From: Escherichia phage PJNS034
Reading direction: 5' to 3' (one strand)
Length of the DNA stretch: 64,000 nt
Sequence record: PP391266.1
How positions within the stretch are numbered: position 1 is the first letter of the stretch; the number at the start of each line of letters is the position of its first letter. Below are positions 62,738 through 64,000 of this stretch, one piece after another. The notes beneath the pieces are model-generated. The model made no database searches. It had not been told where the DNA came from and saw only the letters and a list, made by a program, of their open reading frames with translations. Made by a program: the position numbers and the translations under genes.

Positions 62738-64000
62738 TTGTCCCAAGAGTATCAAGGTGGTAAACGATTAACGCACGACGGCCCATGTCCAACATGTCGT
62801 TCTCATGGACGTGACAGAACTGGCAACCACTTACAGTTCTGGGAGAATGATAAAGGCGAGCATTGGGCTTTCTGTAACCGATGCGGTCACTACGAAGACG
62901 ATGGAAACAAACTCGGCTCGTATGAAAAGAAAGAACGTCGTGAGTTAAGCGATGAAGAAGTAGCGGAGGTGTTGTCAGAGATTGCCGAACTTCCGTATCA
63001 AGCGTTGGGTAGTCGTGGTATCACATTAGCAGTTGCCGAACGTTATGGTGTTCGTGTTGGATTAAGTCCACAGGACGGACAAACTCAAGTCTCTCACTTC
63101 TATCCGAAGATGAAGGGCAAGGATATCACTGGTTACAAAGTACGTCAGTTGAATCCGAAGTTCTTTTATCATCAAGGTCGTGGTGGTGGATGTGACTTGT
63201 TTGGTATGCAGCAAGCGTTGTTGAAGGATGTGTTTAAACATTCGTTGTATATCTTCGAAGATGAGTTGTCGGCAATGTCTGGTTTTCAGGTATTGAAACA
63301 ATTCGCAAAAGAGGGTTACAAGAACTACTCACCAGCGGTTGTTTCATTGCCAGATGGAACGAAATCAGCAGCACGAGTGTGTGGTCAGAACCGTGAGTTC
63401 ATCCAGAGTTTCAAAGAAGTTGTTGTCTGTATGGATAACGACAAAGCTGGTGATGATGCGGTTGAAGTGATTCGTTCACTTTATCCTGACAAAGTAAAAG
63501 TGGTACGACTTCCGCTGAAAGATGCGAACGATATGCTTATGGCAGGTCGTGAAATGGAGTTGTATCAGCACTTACGATTCAATGCCAAGACTGAGACGCC
63601 AGACGGTGCAGTATCCATTATGGATTGCATTGAAGATGCGTTGAAGAAACCGGAATGGGGTTTATCATTCCCGTGGCAGGGTCTTACGAACTTAACTTAT
63701 GGCATTCAGTACGGTGAGATTATCGCTGTTGGTGGTGGTGTAGGTTTGGGTAAGACCTTGATTGGTCATGAGTTGTGTGCTCACTTGATTAATGTCGAGA
63801 AACAACGAATCGGCATGTTCATGCTGGAGGAAACTGTTGGCAATACCATCAAGAACATTTCTGGTAAGGTTGCTAATATTCCTTTCCATCGCCCAGATGT
63901 TGAGTATGACCCTCAAACCCTTCGTGACGTAGCAATGTCGTTTGGCGACAATGTAGCGTTGTGGCAGAACAAAGGTCAGAACTCATGGGAGAACATTAAG
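62738..64000 (+). CDS. DNA primase-helicase (T7 gp4-like), 5' part; continues beyond window
   Basis: TTG start after GAGGT RBS; Zn-ribbon CPTCRS...CNRCGH, TOPRIM-like VVVCMDNDKAGDDA, helicase Walker A GGGVGLGKT; open to window end. Confidence 0.8.
   Translation, partial: MSQEYQGGKRLTHDGPCPTCRSHGRDRTGNHLQFWENDKGEHWAFCNRCGHYEDDGNKLGSYEKKERRELSDEEVAEVLSEIAELPYQALGSRGITLAVAERYGVRVGLSPQDGQTQVSHFYPKMKGKDITGYKVRQLNPKFFYHQGRGGGCDLFGMQQALLKDVFKHSLYIFEDELSAMSGFQVLKQFAKEGYKNYSPAVVSLPDGTKSAARVCGQNREFIQSFKEVVVCMDNDKAGDDAVEVIRSLYPDKVKVVRLPLKDANDMLMAGREMELYQHLRFNAKTETPDGAVSIMDCIEDALKKPEWGLSFPWQGLTNLTYGIQYGEIIAVGGGVGLGKTLIGHELCAHLINVEKQRIGMFMLEETVGNTIKNISGKVANIPFHRPDVEYDPQTLRDVAMSFGDNVALWQNKGQNSWENIK

Noticed and set aside
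1-64000. CRISPR arrays, rRNA genes, integrase, repressor or transposase
   Set aside because: No direct-repeat and spacer architecture, no rRNA-like conserved stretches and no recombinase motifs were seen.

Overview
The window reads as a gene-dense segment of a lytic tailed dsDNA phage; no integrase, repressor, CRISPR or rRNA was seen. It has three arms. (1) 0-13.9 kb, plus strand: DNA metabolism with T7-type replisome parts (family A DNA polymerase lacking its exonuclease domain, SSB-like protein, gp6-like 5'-3' exonuclease, compact ATP-dependent ligase, gp3-like endonuclease I), plus MazG, a CGPC redoxin, an HNH endonuclease, a nucleoside 2-deoxyribosyltransferase next to a PnuC-like transporter, and a cluster of 10 tRNAs. 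(2) 14.0-42.9 kb, minus strand: packaging and virion genes (terminase small and large subunits, portal, scaffold, major capsid protein with a -1 frameshift into an Ig-like domain, fibers, and a 1610-aa protein with a C-terminal transglycosylase-like domain). (3) 43-64 kb, plus strand: an AT-rich promoter and repeat hub, then early and accessory genes, ending in a gp4-like primase-helicase that runs off the window. The two most unusual signals are (a) an exact 12-mer ACTACTGTGACG present 8 times, only on the plus strand and always in the Thr-Thr-Val-Thr frame, which looks like a DNA-level signal such as a nick site, and (b) a block encoding two amidoligases, a class-II glutamine amidotransferase, an ATP-grasp enzyme and a gamma-glutamyl cyclotransferase. 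All calls come from reading the sequence and ORF translations; no database search was run, and coordinates of tRNAs, promoters, terminators and repeats are approximate to +/-2 nt.
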